DNA of 64,000 bases, from contig NC_092680.1 in NCBI RefSeq assembly GCF_964355755.1, forward strand, positions 4,154,001 through 4,218,000. The letters are read 5' to 3'. Of this stretch, positions 1 to 13,529 are shown piece after piece. The notes below the pieces were generated by a model that was not told where the DNA came from, searched no databases, and saw only the letters and a list, made by a program, of their open reading frames with translations. The translations under genes and the position numbers were made by a program. The stretch's first letter is position 1; each line of letters begins with the position of its first letter. The stretch is from Antedon mediterranea (taxonomy: Eukaryota; Animalia; Echinodermata).

Positions 1-1123
1 TTCAATTTTGTATATTTTTATTGGTCTAGGTACATGCATGTAAAAGTTACCCACAATCTGGCCTTTGGCCACTAGTGGTAACTTGTGGCATGGTGGTGTC
101 TAATGTTTTTGATGTTTTATATGAAATAAAGAATAATAATAATAATAACATTACCTTAGTAGAACCAAACAACAACCCACTTATTTGATGATCGGTTAAT
201 TATGTTGAAAATTATTCTTGGCAACAGACAGAATAAATTTGATTGGTTTTTTTGTGGCTACTGGTGTACAAAAGGTGGTGGAATAATGCGTAGACTCATA
301 CATCAAAGAAATATATCGACTAAGCCTGTTTTCCACTTAGGCTAATATATTCGTGCGAATCAAACATCCCCGAGTTCTGATTGATTAAGAATAATTGTGG
401 CGGGTATTTTTCAAGATGGACATCCATTAGACAGTGTATACCACGATCGGAAAACACCCCTATTTGGGGAAAATCGTTGAACCTAAATTCGTTTTAATCG
501 TCAATAACTAATTATCTAACTTAATTTCATTAGTAAACAGGGTTACATCAGGTGGTTAAAATCAGTACCGAAAGTACGAACCAACTTTATATACCATCGA
601 GTAAAAATTCTAGAAGTAAGGCGCGATTTACCGAATTTTGCCTTTACGTAAATTTATATATAGATGGTATAGTGGTGAAACAAGATCGGTACTAAATATA
701 TAAGAAAGGTTCGAATACTGTTATAGCACCCGATTCTGTGTCTGTCACTATAGACTCTCTGTGCTGGAAGACTGTTGTCAGTCTGCCAGATACCTTCTAA
801 CTGTACTAAGTATACTTTTAATACACGATATCTCTGTCATTAGGTTCCTATCTAGAGACAATGTATGGGGCTTTGTACGAATCTGTGTTTAAGCTTGCAT
901 TTTTTTAATTATGTGGAAAAAACAAAATGTGACTTATCTGACTGGGCTGCCTCTCAGAAGCGTTGGTTTTTTTTTTGTATTTCACCACTCTCGGTTTAAA
1001 TCTATTGTAATTTATAGAGAAATAAATGTTACGTTGGACTTGATTTTGACTGTACGTAAATAACGGGTTCTTTAGTTTATGTAAATCTATGTTGATAATG
1101 TAAACCGGATTACGTTATTTCAG

Positions 1124-4100
1124 ATTTGATGAGGTAACTCCATTAATGGGTGGCTTCGTATACTTTTTCATATACGGTCTTCGATACCTTCAAAGTCTGA
1201 CACCTGACGTTGGTATAACTACGGCAGATGACGATAATTGGGTATTAGACGAAACTAAATACCCCGGTGATAAAAATCTACAACAATTTATCAAGTATAA
1301 TGCTCATCGGATGGAAGAAATGCTGCAAGTGTAAGTGTATTCTTTACACAATTGTTTTGACATTTTCTCTTTTTTATGATGGAAATCAGATTCGTAGATT
1401 CTAAAATGGTTAAGCAACATTATTATCACTCATATTTACCTTATACCCGATTCACACGACGTACACACATCTTACAAAAAGTAGCACTTTAACAAAAAAT
1501 GCGTTACCATTTCGTTTTACGTGTGAATCTAAGTCTAGGCTGTATACGGCGATTTGGTTTAATATTCTTAAAGAGAAAAACAGTTTGTTGAAGACACATT
1601 TACAACAAATACAGAGTCTTAAACACCTTAAGTAGATAATATCCGATATTATTGTAAGTAAATTAAATTAATACTGGTATTACCTACTGCAGATGTATGT
1701 TCAATGGTGTTGAATGCGGCCCGAGTAATTTTACGCTAACCTACACAAATTACGGAGCGTGCTATGTCTTCAATCCACCAACTGGCAAGACAAATATAAA
1801 AAATGCAGGTACGGTATGAAACTGTTTAAATTTGTATAGTTATAGTATTCCTTTTTTCCTATTCAACAATACAATTAGGCCTAATTTAATTAACCATATG
1901 ACAGAAAAGGATTCGTTTAAACCATCGTGTATAATAACATTTTGGTTGGATTGTTTCTAACTTTTTTGGATCTAGTTTTCAAGCTTCTACTATCAAACTA
2001 GTTTGACGAAAAAAAAAGGTGTGAAGTGCCAAAATATGGTAGTGATATGAACATATATGGTAGTGATATGACATTATCATATCCATATATGTCACATTTG
2101 TTGTCACAAAGTTTGATAGTGTAGATAAAGCTTTAGACGTAGACATTGTCTTGTCTGGTACGGATGAAACATTATATTAAACCGAGATGAAACGTGGTAA
2201 AAACTTTAATATATTGTTATTCATATTAATATATTTATACTGCATTAGTATCACTAATTTCTGGTTTATGAGTGGTTTCCATTGAGAGAAACAACGCAGC
2301 GAGTTGACAAATGATAAGCAACAGTTAGATTGATCCGTCGCTTGTGATTGGTCAAACCACTTACGTTGCGCTTCCGTCCTTGCATTGCGTCTCATAGTGG
2401 GAACCAAGCAATAACATTAAACTAACCAATGAATTATGTATTCTAGGACAACGCCGTGGACTTAGCATGATACTCAATGTTGAGCACATACAGTACATAT
2501 CGGCTCCGAGAGAAAACGTCGGTTTCAGAATCGCAATTGACGGCCAGAACGACATCCCGGATTTAGAGGCGTCAGGCGTGGATGTCGCCACTGGAATGCG
2601 CGCGTCAATAGGCATACGAAAACAAACTGTAAGTTTAGGAGTCTGCTAAAAATGGAAACAGTGGACCCTTTTTTTTTCAATATGCACGTAAAGCGTTTGT
2701 GCTCTTAAATTAAATTCTTGTAAATTTGTGTTGATTTGTATATCTTGTTCAGTACATTATTTGCTTTAATAATTGGAGAGGACCTCTCTTTAGACTACGT
2801 ACACGACTGTGTAACGAATTTTCGCCCGGAGTACTTTTGGACTTGCTTGAATCACACGAACTCAATTTTTTTAATTCCCCTGTTTTGCCCTTCCCTGATT
2901 AAACTTGGCAAGGGTCTATTTGAAGTTTTCTCAATGTAATGTTCCCAGATAACCTCGTTACCAAAACCACATGGAACGTGTATTGAAAGCGGACATAGGC
3001 AGCTGAAGTACACAAACGATTCGTACACGCAATCTCGCTGTTACCTTGAATGTGAAACTGATTATTTTATGGAGGCGTGCGGATGCCGGACTTACTACGT
3101 ACCTGGCAGTAAGTGAGCTTTAATTCACTTCAAATTTCTAAAATCGTATTGTTTCTTGTATTTGCCACGTAGATTAGTTTGGCCACGTTATGACAAACAC
3201 AAATAATTATATAATGACGGGTTCTGTGTTTGATGTGGTGTCAAGTAATGCAATGGTTTGACTTGTATTGTACAACTTATCCAGCTAGCTGAAATTGTTT
3301 ATTTTAGATGCAGATCAAGTGTTCTGTTCGCCGGCTAACTTAACTGGATGCTACCTCCCAAAATACGGTAAGAAGACCACTCTGAATGTTCTTGTAATCA
3401 TCTCTATGGCAAAATCAATGTCATCATGAAACTACAAAAAAACATGGTGGTTGAATAACAACCATCTTGGTTGAACTTGTGTAATCATAATAGTAAAACT
3501 CAAACGCGTTGGTTTGTTGGCACTAAAACTGTGGCGGTTCAACAACCATTTCACCCAGTGTCGATAAATTGTGTTTGTTTGTTCTGTTAATATTACAGGC
3601 TGATAACAATATGTTATTCTAACCCATTTACAGTGCAATTATTAAACGTATATCCTGACTTTTCTATTTGAAGTGTGATATATAAATCTATAGTCATTCA
3701 ACAATCACCACTGAAACAGTACTCGTATTTAATTTAATTCTTTCACATTGGTCATCGATTTTTGCTATTTAAACATTTTCAAGTTTATTTAGTAAATTAG
3801 TTGATTGACATATTTCAGAAAGCTATCAACTGAAAATGCAATTAAACAGCTTAAAAGCCGTCATAAAGTGGTAATTAGTGTTGAATATTCCCTTTTCTTC
3901 ATTATTTATGTCAATATTTATTCCGATTTTAAAACTTTTGAAACGAGTGCGTATACTCGTGACAAAGAGAAGAAGATTGATCATTTTATTACATAAGGAC
4001 CTCCGTGTTATTAGGTCTAGTAAGTGATTGTGATGATCAGTGATGATCATAATAATCATTATGATCATCAAACGATAGTATGATCATCAGATGATAATGA

Positions 4101-7100
4101 TCATGGTGATCATCAGATGATAGTGATCATTCCAAGTTAAATTACTGGTCTATTCATTTTTTTTTAAATAATTCAATTTGAACTTTTTAACAATGATTTG
4201 TAAGTATTTAAAAATATAAAATAATAATATTTAAAACGTTTTCGGCTTTTTTAAAATAACGATGTAAAGTCGGTTAATGTCCGTTTATACTATCGCACGA
4301 TCAACGACGATACACTTTGTCTACAGAAAACAAATACACTAGAAACTATAAAACAACCCATGATCCATATTGTCATGACGTCACGATCAATAATAACAAC
4401 CTCAATCAGTATATTGTAACGATGTTATTGTTTTTACTGATCATGACGTTATTTTTATTGCATTTCTTTTGTTTTCTGCAAAAAAATGCATATTTTGTCT
4501 ACGGTATCTATCGTCGGTCGTTATTGTCTCAGTGTAAACGGGCCTTTAACTTAGCTTAAGATATATGTATTTGTTATAATAATAATAAATATATTATCTA
4601 TATTTACAGACGAATTTTCTGATCATCGAGAGGAGTACTGTGACTGTAAAGAGGCATGTGACGTTGAAAACTTTCTGAAAACGCCGTCGTATAGTCGTTT
4701 TCCTTCTCGCGGTGTGCCACAGACGTTTGTTGTGACTAACCAGCACAAATACTTTGCACTAGGCCTAGGATTTAAAGTCAAGTAAGTATCTTTATTGTTT
4801 ACAAGCCAAAGGTACCGCTAACACTGAGATAGAGATAGATTTGATCAATAAAACACTGTATTACTGTACCTCTGTTTAAATCTACCCGTATACTTACATA
4901 CGTCCTCTACTAACTTCCAAAACAAAACGTATAGTAACTCATGTATTGCTAAAAACGCATGAAATACCAATATATTGCCATATAGTAATATATAGTTATA
5001 GTATAGATTCATGTTTGAGGCTGATTGATGCAAAAATGTGTTAGACCCATATATTGTTTGAAGGTTTGCATGTTGAAATCAAATGTTGATATAAAGTTTG
5101 CGGTACACCACGTATATAGAACTAAGAACTGTTGCCTTTCTCGAAGTTTCGATCAATATACAGTACTTTGATCGTCCTCAGGAGTGAGAATTCTCAAAGT
5201 ATATTGATCGAAACGTTGAGAAACTAACAGTTCTTCTTAGAACTATATACGTGGTGTACCGCAAACTTGATATCAAAATGTGTTTTTGTTGCTATTCTAC
5301 TACGCATTAAAAGATTTCGTCGTTTTGTGTCTGTATGTTTGGTAAAATCATAAATGGCTATTTCATGATATCTCGCGGAATTCCTGCCAATGGCACTAAC
5401 GCGGAACGACTACGTGTGTTGGGAATTGAATTGAATTGACATCAACGTAAAAAATATCTATTACCCAAAAGTGTTTTGTTTGCTTTTTGTTTCCAAACAG
5501 AAACTGAAATACATTCTTAATAATAACAACGATTAGTTTTTAATCGGTTTTGCTAATTTTTTTAGACGAAGCATGGAGGCAACACGAAACGCCATTTCAG
5601 AACAGTTGCTTGAATCTGTAGGTGACATGGTAGATGAAACGGCCGATGAACTTAACATGCAGGGTGTGTTTGAAGTGGACCAAGAATATGTTGCACAATT
5701 TGAATGGCAATTCTCAATATTTTGCTATGATATGATATTTTATTTGGTCCACATACTCGGCGATAATATATATTACGATGTTACGGCGGCTTTAAGTGAA
5801 GACGACGAGTTTAACAAGACACATACTGGAGTTGATTCCGATTTCTATCAAGAGATTCTAGAAGAAGCTGATAAAGGACTTCGTAACCAGATTGACGCTA
5901 TACACGAAACAATGCTAATCGCCACCAAAGAAACCCCATCGGCGAACTTGACCGAAGAAGACGCAGAACTCTTTACTGACGTATTATTGGGTAAACTAAT
6001 CGTGATTGCTTATCCTCTAGTTTGGGATTCCTGTTTTGCGTTTGGCATACACATTTACACCACCAGTGATATATTGTTCTTAACGCAAGAATACATAGCG
6101 TAAGTTATATACTTTTAAGGTTCATTTATATCAAAATCAAAATGCACATTATTACAGAATATCCATACTCTAGAATGATACCATTATTATGTGGAGATAT
6201 TTTAAATAATTTTTATCATCAACATTTTTCTATAGCCTACATTTAAAAATCGATAAGACTTCTTAGTAAACAACAACAGAATACTAAGCTCCGGAGATCA
6301 AAGTATTTATCTGTGGCTGCGACACGATCGTTCCACGCCCCTAAGAGACACTGCGTGCCGCGGAGAATATGTGCAATACAGGAGTATAGGCTACAGTAGT
6401 AAAATTGGTATTTTTCGCAGCTAGACAAAGGATCAAAGGACGAACTCAGTGTCCGGTTAGATTTTCTTGAGTAGACCAAGCTCTTCTATTATCTAGTATT
6501 ATGACACAACAGAATAACAGTTACACTAATTTAATTCCATAGTGATAATTTGGCTCGAGTGGACATCTACTATGAAACATTGAACGTCGAAGAGGTAGTA
6601 GAGCAACCGGGCTACGAGTTTTTCTCTATCGTATGTAAGTAGTCCATACGTATCGTTTTCTTATTTATAGATCAGCATCAATAACAATACAAACAAGAAA
6701 GCCACTCCGAGAGTGCATACCTCCGCCTACTGTACAATTCTCCTACTTAAGATTTCTCCGGAAAAAAAAAATATATATATATATATGTGTGCGTGTGTGT
6801 GTGTGTGTGTCTTAATGCTGTTTGTGATTTAGGCTAATTTCACTACAAGCATGCGTATGCGAGTTTGGTGTAATGGTTATGTAACAAGTCTTTCAATTAA
6901 CAATAGCTTCAGTTGACTACCAACAGCAACGCGAAAATCAAAACGAGTGAATTTGAAAAGAAATAGGTTTTTTAAACTATTCGCATCAAAAAAGGACATT
7001 AAATCAAATTATTATTAAATTACAAATCACAAATTATAACTCTTGCCTCTTGTACAAAAATGACGTTTTTTGGACAAGTGTTTCTCGAAAAAATGCTCCT

Positions 7101-8890
7101 TGGCGGAGGTAAATAAATGAAGAATTCTGAGCTATAGCTATTTAAATAATACAGTGCTTTTAGTATCTAGATGACTGTCAATAGTCAGAGTCTACCTAAT
7201 GACAGATTCAGAATCAGTTTAATTTGTGGTACGTGTTCAGTTAAAACAACCCAATTGGTTAACGCATAATAACATAGTGACAGATAACAGGTATTAAACG
7301 TATACTTAATACACATAGACTCGTATCTAGATGACTGTCAATAGTCAGTTAGAGTCTACCTAATGACAGATTCAGAATCAGTTTAATTTGTATACATTTT
7401 CAGTTAAAACAAGACAATTGGTTAACGCATAATAACATAGTGACAGATAACATGTATTAAACGTATACTTAATACACATACGCCCGTATTCTTAAACCGG
7501 ACTTTAGTCGTAGTTTGAGCTAAAACTAAAAAAATGACGTCATTTTAATTCATAAACCGAACTTCAACTAAATCACCGACTAAATCAGGCCAACCTCGAC
7601 TAAATCGAGACGGATTTTGATAGATTTTTTTAGTCCTGGAGGGGGCAGACTAAATGGTCGACTAAATGGTTTTTAAACGATGTTTATAAAAAAACGTAAC
7701 AGCCATTGAGTTGTTATATTGGCCAGATATTGAAGAATGAAATATCTATATTTATATTAGCTTAATTAAATATACATTGGTATAAATTATAATAATGAAA
7801 ATCATCTTTATTTACAACTGTATACAAATTACATTATTTTCTTCGCGCAAGTTCGACTTGAGCTACGTCACGCCATAGCGACAATGGGAGATGCGGCAAT
7901 TCACCACGCGATGGAATGTTTAGGGGGCCTAGCGCTTTCTTGTCACGCTATGAAGTGCGTGGTTCGTGGTTCGTGGGCCTAGAAAATATAAAAGTTACCG
8001 TACCGCCATGGTTCCTAAATATATTTTGAAGATTTTATTTGTTGTTAATCAAATATACTTCACTATTAATTAATTAATACTGATATTGTTCTAATAATTA
8101 ACGATTAAAATTATTTTTCATGTATATAGTCCTGATGCGTAAAAAGTGTTGTAAGAAATGGAAAGTGATATCAATGCGCAAAATTTCGTCTGCTCGATCC
8201 TCAAATACTCTCTTGTCATTGGCCAATGTATAGCCTTTGTTACCCAGACGTGTGCAACTCGACTAAAAGCTCGACTTCATTAAGTCGAAGTGCAAACTTC
8301 GATTACTTCGTTTTTGAATCGAATTTGAAGTAATAGCTCGAACTACGACTTTTCCAAGTCGAACTTCGAACTACGACTAAAGTCCGGTTTAAGAATACGG
8401 GCGTTAGACTCGTATCTAGATGACTGTCAATAGTCAGTTAGAGTCTACCTAATGACAGATTCAGAATCAGTTTAATGTGTATACGTGTTAAGTTAAAACA
8501 AGACAATTGGTTAACGCATAATAACATAGTGACAGATAACATGTATTAAACGTATACTTAATACACATAGACCCGTATCTAGATGACTGTCAATAGTCAC
8601 TTAGAATCTACCTAATGACAACTGCAGAATCGGGTAAATTTGTATAGACGTGTACAGTTAAAAAACACAATTGGTAACGCACAGTAAATATAAGTAAGTA
8701 AGTCTGTTGAAAATGAAGTTTGTAACCGATTAACTGCGTCTTATTATGTATTATTAATTTTACTTTTGCAGGCGATCTTGGTGGTGCTCTGGGGCTATTC
8801 TTTGGTGCCAGTCTTGTAGCATTTGTTGAAGCGATTGATTTCTGGCTCATTAAAGGATGCTGTGCACCGAAAAAGAAACCAATGAAATGA
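1124..8890 (+). CDS. DEG/ENaC (ASIC-like) amiloride-sensitive sodium channel, 5'-partial (N-terminus/TM1 exons not identified, presumably upstream of window)
   Basis: Nine GT-AG exons: 1124-1330, 1693-1808, 2447-2628, 2949-3108, 3308-3367, 4610-4781, 5566-6099, 6543-6634, 8772-8890. They splice in one frame to a TGA. Family motifs: CMFNGVECGPSNF..YTNYGACYVFN, GLSMILNVE, GFRIAI..Q.D.P, LPKPHGTC, YTQSRCYLECET..CGC, CDCKEAC, SYSRFPS, DNLARVDIYYETL, and TM2 CDLGGALGLFFGASL (GAS selectivity filter). Confidence 0.95.
5075..5280. mobile_element. Inverted repeat of a Penelope-like terminal repeat with a degenerate hammerhead motif
   Basis: AAGTTTGCGGTACACCACGTATATAG (5094-5119) is inverted at 5243-5268. 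The minus strand reads CTC-CTGAGGA-CGATCAA..TTGATC-GAAAC-TTC-GAG. A related copy lies at 50889-50965. Confidence 0.55.
7162..8700 (+). repeat. ~160-bp tandem repeat, about 3.7 copies, in the last DEG/ENaC intron
   Basis: The unit GTATCTAGATGACTGTCAATAGTCA..ACCTAATGACAGATTCAGAATCAG..TTAATACACATAGAC starts at ~7162, 7323, 8412 and 8576. Confidence 0.9.
7481..8403. mobile_element. Non-autonomous DNA transposon (PIF/Harbinger-like) with 35-bp TIRs
   Basis: CGCCCGTATTCTTAAACCGGACTTTAGTCGTAGTT at 7481 has its exact reverse complement ending at 8403. Flanks are ATA/TTA. No ORF. The element interrupts a tandem-repeat unit. Confidence 0.85.
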
Positions 8891-10179
8891 TTGTAGCCTA
8901 ATGTGTACAATTTAAAAACATGTTAATGGACCACTTTAAAAATACTATGCCTTTTTAATGTATATAATTATGGTATTAATATTACATATTTACATTGTTT
9001 TATGTTTTAATGTATGCTTTGAGTGGTGGTGTGGCACGCCTTATGGCGACAGTGGTCCTTCGATCTCTTTTGCCACTTCTTGGCACACTCAAAGTTTATG
9101 TATTGTTTTAATGTTGCTCAAATTATTAAAATAAAATAATGATGTGCCCATATATGGACATGATGATGTCATATAACTACTTGGGCATATCACTACCAAC
9201 CATAATTGGGCACATCACACTTTTTCTTGTCGTCAAACTAGTTTGATAGTATAGACAGAGCTTTAGAAAGTGCAATCTATGTTACAGTCTGAATCGTTGG
9301 ATACTATGGTTTTATCTTTTCCAGCGTACTTGTTCGATATTTAGTGTGCCAGGTGAGATCCAACTCACCCAGTATCCGCCGATGCAAGTATTCAACAATT
9401 TTAATCTTATAGCTTTAAACAAAACAATTGTACAATAAAAATTCCAAAAACAAATTACAATGTGTATATTTATGTTACATTCCAAATGAGTTGTATAAAA
9501 GTAAATGCATAAAGCGATTTAAGCAGCACCAGTCTAAATTAATTAATATGTTATTAATGTGTAAAACTATTAAGATAAATCAAAGAAAAGATCGTTTACT
9601 TTTTCTATTGATAGTATAGTAAATGTGTAAACTCTCCCAACACATTTTTTAAACTGATCTATACGTTGTTTTGTCTGTAAACCAACTTTGTTAACATCGA
9701 GTCAAATTATTATTATTACAATGTAATTAATGTTAATATGTTGTCTGTAGATTCAAAATAGTACTAATACACAGTATAATTGTAATACTATATTATGAAA
9801 AAAGGAAAAAAACTGTAATGTAAAGCTCTGTCTACAACTATCAAACTAGTTTGACAAAAAAAGTGTGATGTGCCCAAATATGGTAGTGATATACCCAAAT
9901 ATTGTAGTGGTATGACATCATCATGTCCATGGGCACATCACATTTTTTTGTCACATAATGTTTGATAATATAGACAGAGCATGTTACTATAGTCATACTG
10001 ACATATACACAGTAAACATTCAATTTATACTTTTACGCTAGGATCAAGGCAAAAATATGCCTTCTTGTTGTAGAAAACAAATCAATTTGGTCACATATCG
10101 TAAACTTAATACAGTATATTAAAAGTAGTGGACGGAATTGTTGCAATAATCAAATGAATGTGATGTCTTTTTGGATGCC

Positions 10180-13100
10180 TCATCTCTTTCTTTTTTTAGA
10201 TGTACTAGATGATGATGATGATGACGAAGTGCCCTGTTCGGAATCAACCTCCATTCCTACAAAAATGAAATAAACCTATAGTTCGGACACTCAAAAATTC
10301 CATTGTCAAAAGGCATACTTGTACTAGCTTAATAGTAATAATCTGGACGAATGTAATAATGTAGTTCACCCTCGAGAACTATTTTCAGTAAAAAATATTA
10401 TTTTCCAGAATTACAATACAATAATTACGCTAAATATTTCATACATCATTATACCATAAACTCACTATTATTTTCTTCATTAAATTACATTAAATTGAAA
10501 TATAACAGTTAAAAAACACAGTGCAATTGCACATTTTTCCTTGCCAAAAGAATTTGTTGTCAGAATTACAGCAAAATGGCAGAGCAGTTATAATTATGAT
10601 ATAGGACCATTCTTGTGATTAACCTGGTAAGGTTGTTAATTCAACCGTAACGCAGTGATCATTGACAGAGGCTGACATTTTTAAAGAGGCATTAAGTTCC
10701 TTTAAGTGTACATGAGCCGTTAAGTGTACACTGAAATTTTTATTTTAAGTCCTTATACGATGGAGACTTGTTCTACCACTAGAAATATGACTGAGGAGTG
10801 TTTTGAACCTATGCTGATATGGCATTGGTTCGCGTTGCCCCTATTTCAAATGCTCAGCCTCTTGATCCGAAGATTATTTGTGACTAATTGGTTGGTCGGT
10901 CGGTGGGTAAACACTAACTTAAATTTGAGCACACGACTGCAGCCATGTATATGGCCTTGTTTAGATAAACTTTCTTCTCCTTTACAAGGCCTACTATAAA
11001 CACTCAGTTTACAGCACTGCTTATTGCTTGGAAATATGGGCTCTGAAACTAAACATTATAACCATTGAATGCTTCTCTTCTACTTACCATTCTCGACTAC
11101 ATACGGCCATTTTGTAGCGCATCCAGGGCACACGGCATTTGGTCGGCCGTGAAACATGTCTCTTGAGCAATGGAAATGCAAACGAACACTACAGTTGATA
11201 TTACTGCAGTTGTTACCCTAAAAAAGATATGAAAACTTTTAAGTAATTTAATAAATTATTAATTTAATTATAGTTTTGTAAGGCTGTTTTCATAACAAAA
11301 TAAATATAATTTACACACAGAATGGATACCCTAATTTAATTGCAAAACTATTTTCCCCATAACAAATATTTTTTTTGGAATTTTTTTTAAAATATGTCAT
11401 TTTAATGTCATATAATTGTTATTCACTTTGACCAAAAACGGGATCGAATAAAAAAGTATTTACCCGAGTAAAATTAAAACATTAAAAATTAAATTGTCTG
11501 CCAGACAATGGGTTTTGGCTAAAATTAACGGTTTCTTTTGTCTTTTTATAAGTGAAATAATTAGTTTTTTTTTTTACAGAAGTGAATAACATTAGTAAAA
11601 CTTTCAAAATGGCCTATTTGAAGACAGATTTTATTAATCTTGATTTTCCCTGTTTTTGATGGACAATACATTTTTAAAAACATAACTTTATGTAAAACCA
11701 CCCTCTAAAAGTTGCGCCATATACGAAATTTGATGTTATTTTCAAGAGGGGCTTATTATAGGCATAGCCTAGCCTCAACTGACAATTCAAATTCGGAATT
11801 GCTCAAATATGGTCTGTTTTTGTCTATAATCATGAACAAACACCGATGTATACAGTAAAGTTGACGTACCTTAAAAACTATGTTGTCGCACAGATTGCAA
11901 ACTATGACATCATCGGGAAAGTGTTCTCGTAGATAGTGTTTTAATTCTAAAATTGATCTGGTGGTCAACGATATCTGACCTTGGTTCTGGAAAATACAGG
12001 AGCATTTTTGGTTAATACATTGATTATTACACTGAAGATACCGTGAATTTAAAAATTTGGTAGTTTGCTCGAGAATCGCACACAATAGACTTACCTATGG
12101 TCATACATTACTTCAGTCAACTACTGTACATCAATATTGGACTACCTGATTACAATAATATTATTTATAAAAATTTTTCTGAGCAACATATATATTTATA
12201 TATACTTCCCAAACGCTGTAAATCTATATTATTAGATTAGAATGGTACAGAGTCTGTATTATGTATGAAAGACGTCCGTCGGACACGAAGGTCAAAAGGA
12301 TCCTTTAATAGAGGTCATACCATCGCTTATGGTCTTTAGCTTAATCACAACTGTATGTCCTTCAGTGTTTTAAACTTAAAATTTCTACTGCTCAAATCTT
12401 TTCTAATGTAATAGTAAATTAAGTTGATGTCTACAAAGACGTCCTTTAAAATCATTTGGGAAAACCACCCTAAAACTAATGATGAATTTCTCCTGTTCTT
12501 AGTTCGTGGCCGAACATCGACCATCTTAATCGTGCGATTCTTTCAGAGGAGAGGATCAAGAGTTTAAAATTACCTCTTTTAACCATTTTTCAGCTACCAA
12601 CTTATCAAGTACTATTTGTTTATCTATCTTTAACAATTTGTGAGGCTGCGGCAACACAACGTTCAGTACATCTGTGGATGATGCCATACCTGTACCATTC
12701 TCAATAATTAGATCAATCTAAAGGGAAAATAAGTAAAGATAAAGCCTATAAAAAAAGCGTCATACCAATGTGTAAATACTGTAATAATACTAATACAGTA
12801 ATGTGATGGTATATGGTTTTAACTTTTAAAGTGCAAAAAAAGTCTTGAATGTGGAAAGTAAAAATTCATGCCAGCAGCCAAAACCTAAGTAAGAAAATAT
12901 GCTTGTGTCGTCGCTAAGAATTAACAATTACTGTGGTTTTGTTTGTATTTGTATATATTTAGGCAAATTGCCAAGGATAACCCAGCCCACATATGGACAT
13001 GATGATGTCATATCACTACCACATTTAAGCATATCATTACAATATTTGGGAACATCACACTTTTTTGTCCAACTATTTGTCAGTGTAGACAGAGCTTTAG

Positions 13101-13529
13101 ATATTCCTTACTATTTTCTGAAAAAGAGCTAGTTCATTTGCTTGATAGTCTGAAATCAACTTGCAAATTTCCGACTCTTCAGTTCGAACCTGAAAAAAAT
13201 ATATATAACCATATTTACTTCTTTATTTTCTTTAACTAGTATTTCATAATTAAATGAATATTAATATTTAAAAATTAAATGTAATTTTTTAGTACCAGAA
13301 CATAAACTTGATTTCCGTCATCTTCATCTTTTGCAACACGTATCTCCATGGAAAATGGTTGGATATTTCTATTTATTCTTTTTACAAATTCATCATGTCC
13401 ATTTTCTACATGGTACACCTGGAATTCTGCACATGCATGGGCATGAAGTCTTATCACCTCCTCGCATGACATCACTCCTTTTGTCATAAATGATTGAAGA
13501 GAAAGACGGTGGGCATCGGTCATTGCCAT
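10180..13529 (-). CDS. NSMCE1: Non-SMC element 1 of the SMC5/6 complex (NSE1; winged-helix plus RING-like domain), ~259 aa
   Basis: Minus-strand exons 13529-13296, 13189-13112, 12717-12574, 11986-11870, 11217-11088, 10256-10180 (780 nt, GT-AG, in frame). Translation: MAMTDAHRLSLQSFMTKGVM..FVKRINRNIQPFSMEIR..YVLV, ANELALFQKIIDLII, LVAEKWL, LTTRSILELKHYL, and RING-like CNLCDNIV..C..C..RLHFHC..CPGCATKW, ending KKRKR*. Confidence 0.93.

Noticed and set aside
8608-8910. 100-aa minus-strand ORF (likewise 2361-2615, 17426-17689, 57998-58258)
   Set aside because: Antisense shadows of real plus-strand exons.
9018-9093. Stem-loop downstream of the channel stop codon as a SECIS element
   Set aside because: It lacks the ATGA/GA quartet and apical AA, and no in-frame internal TGA needs recoding.
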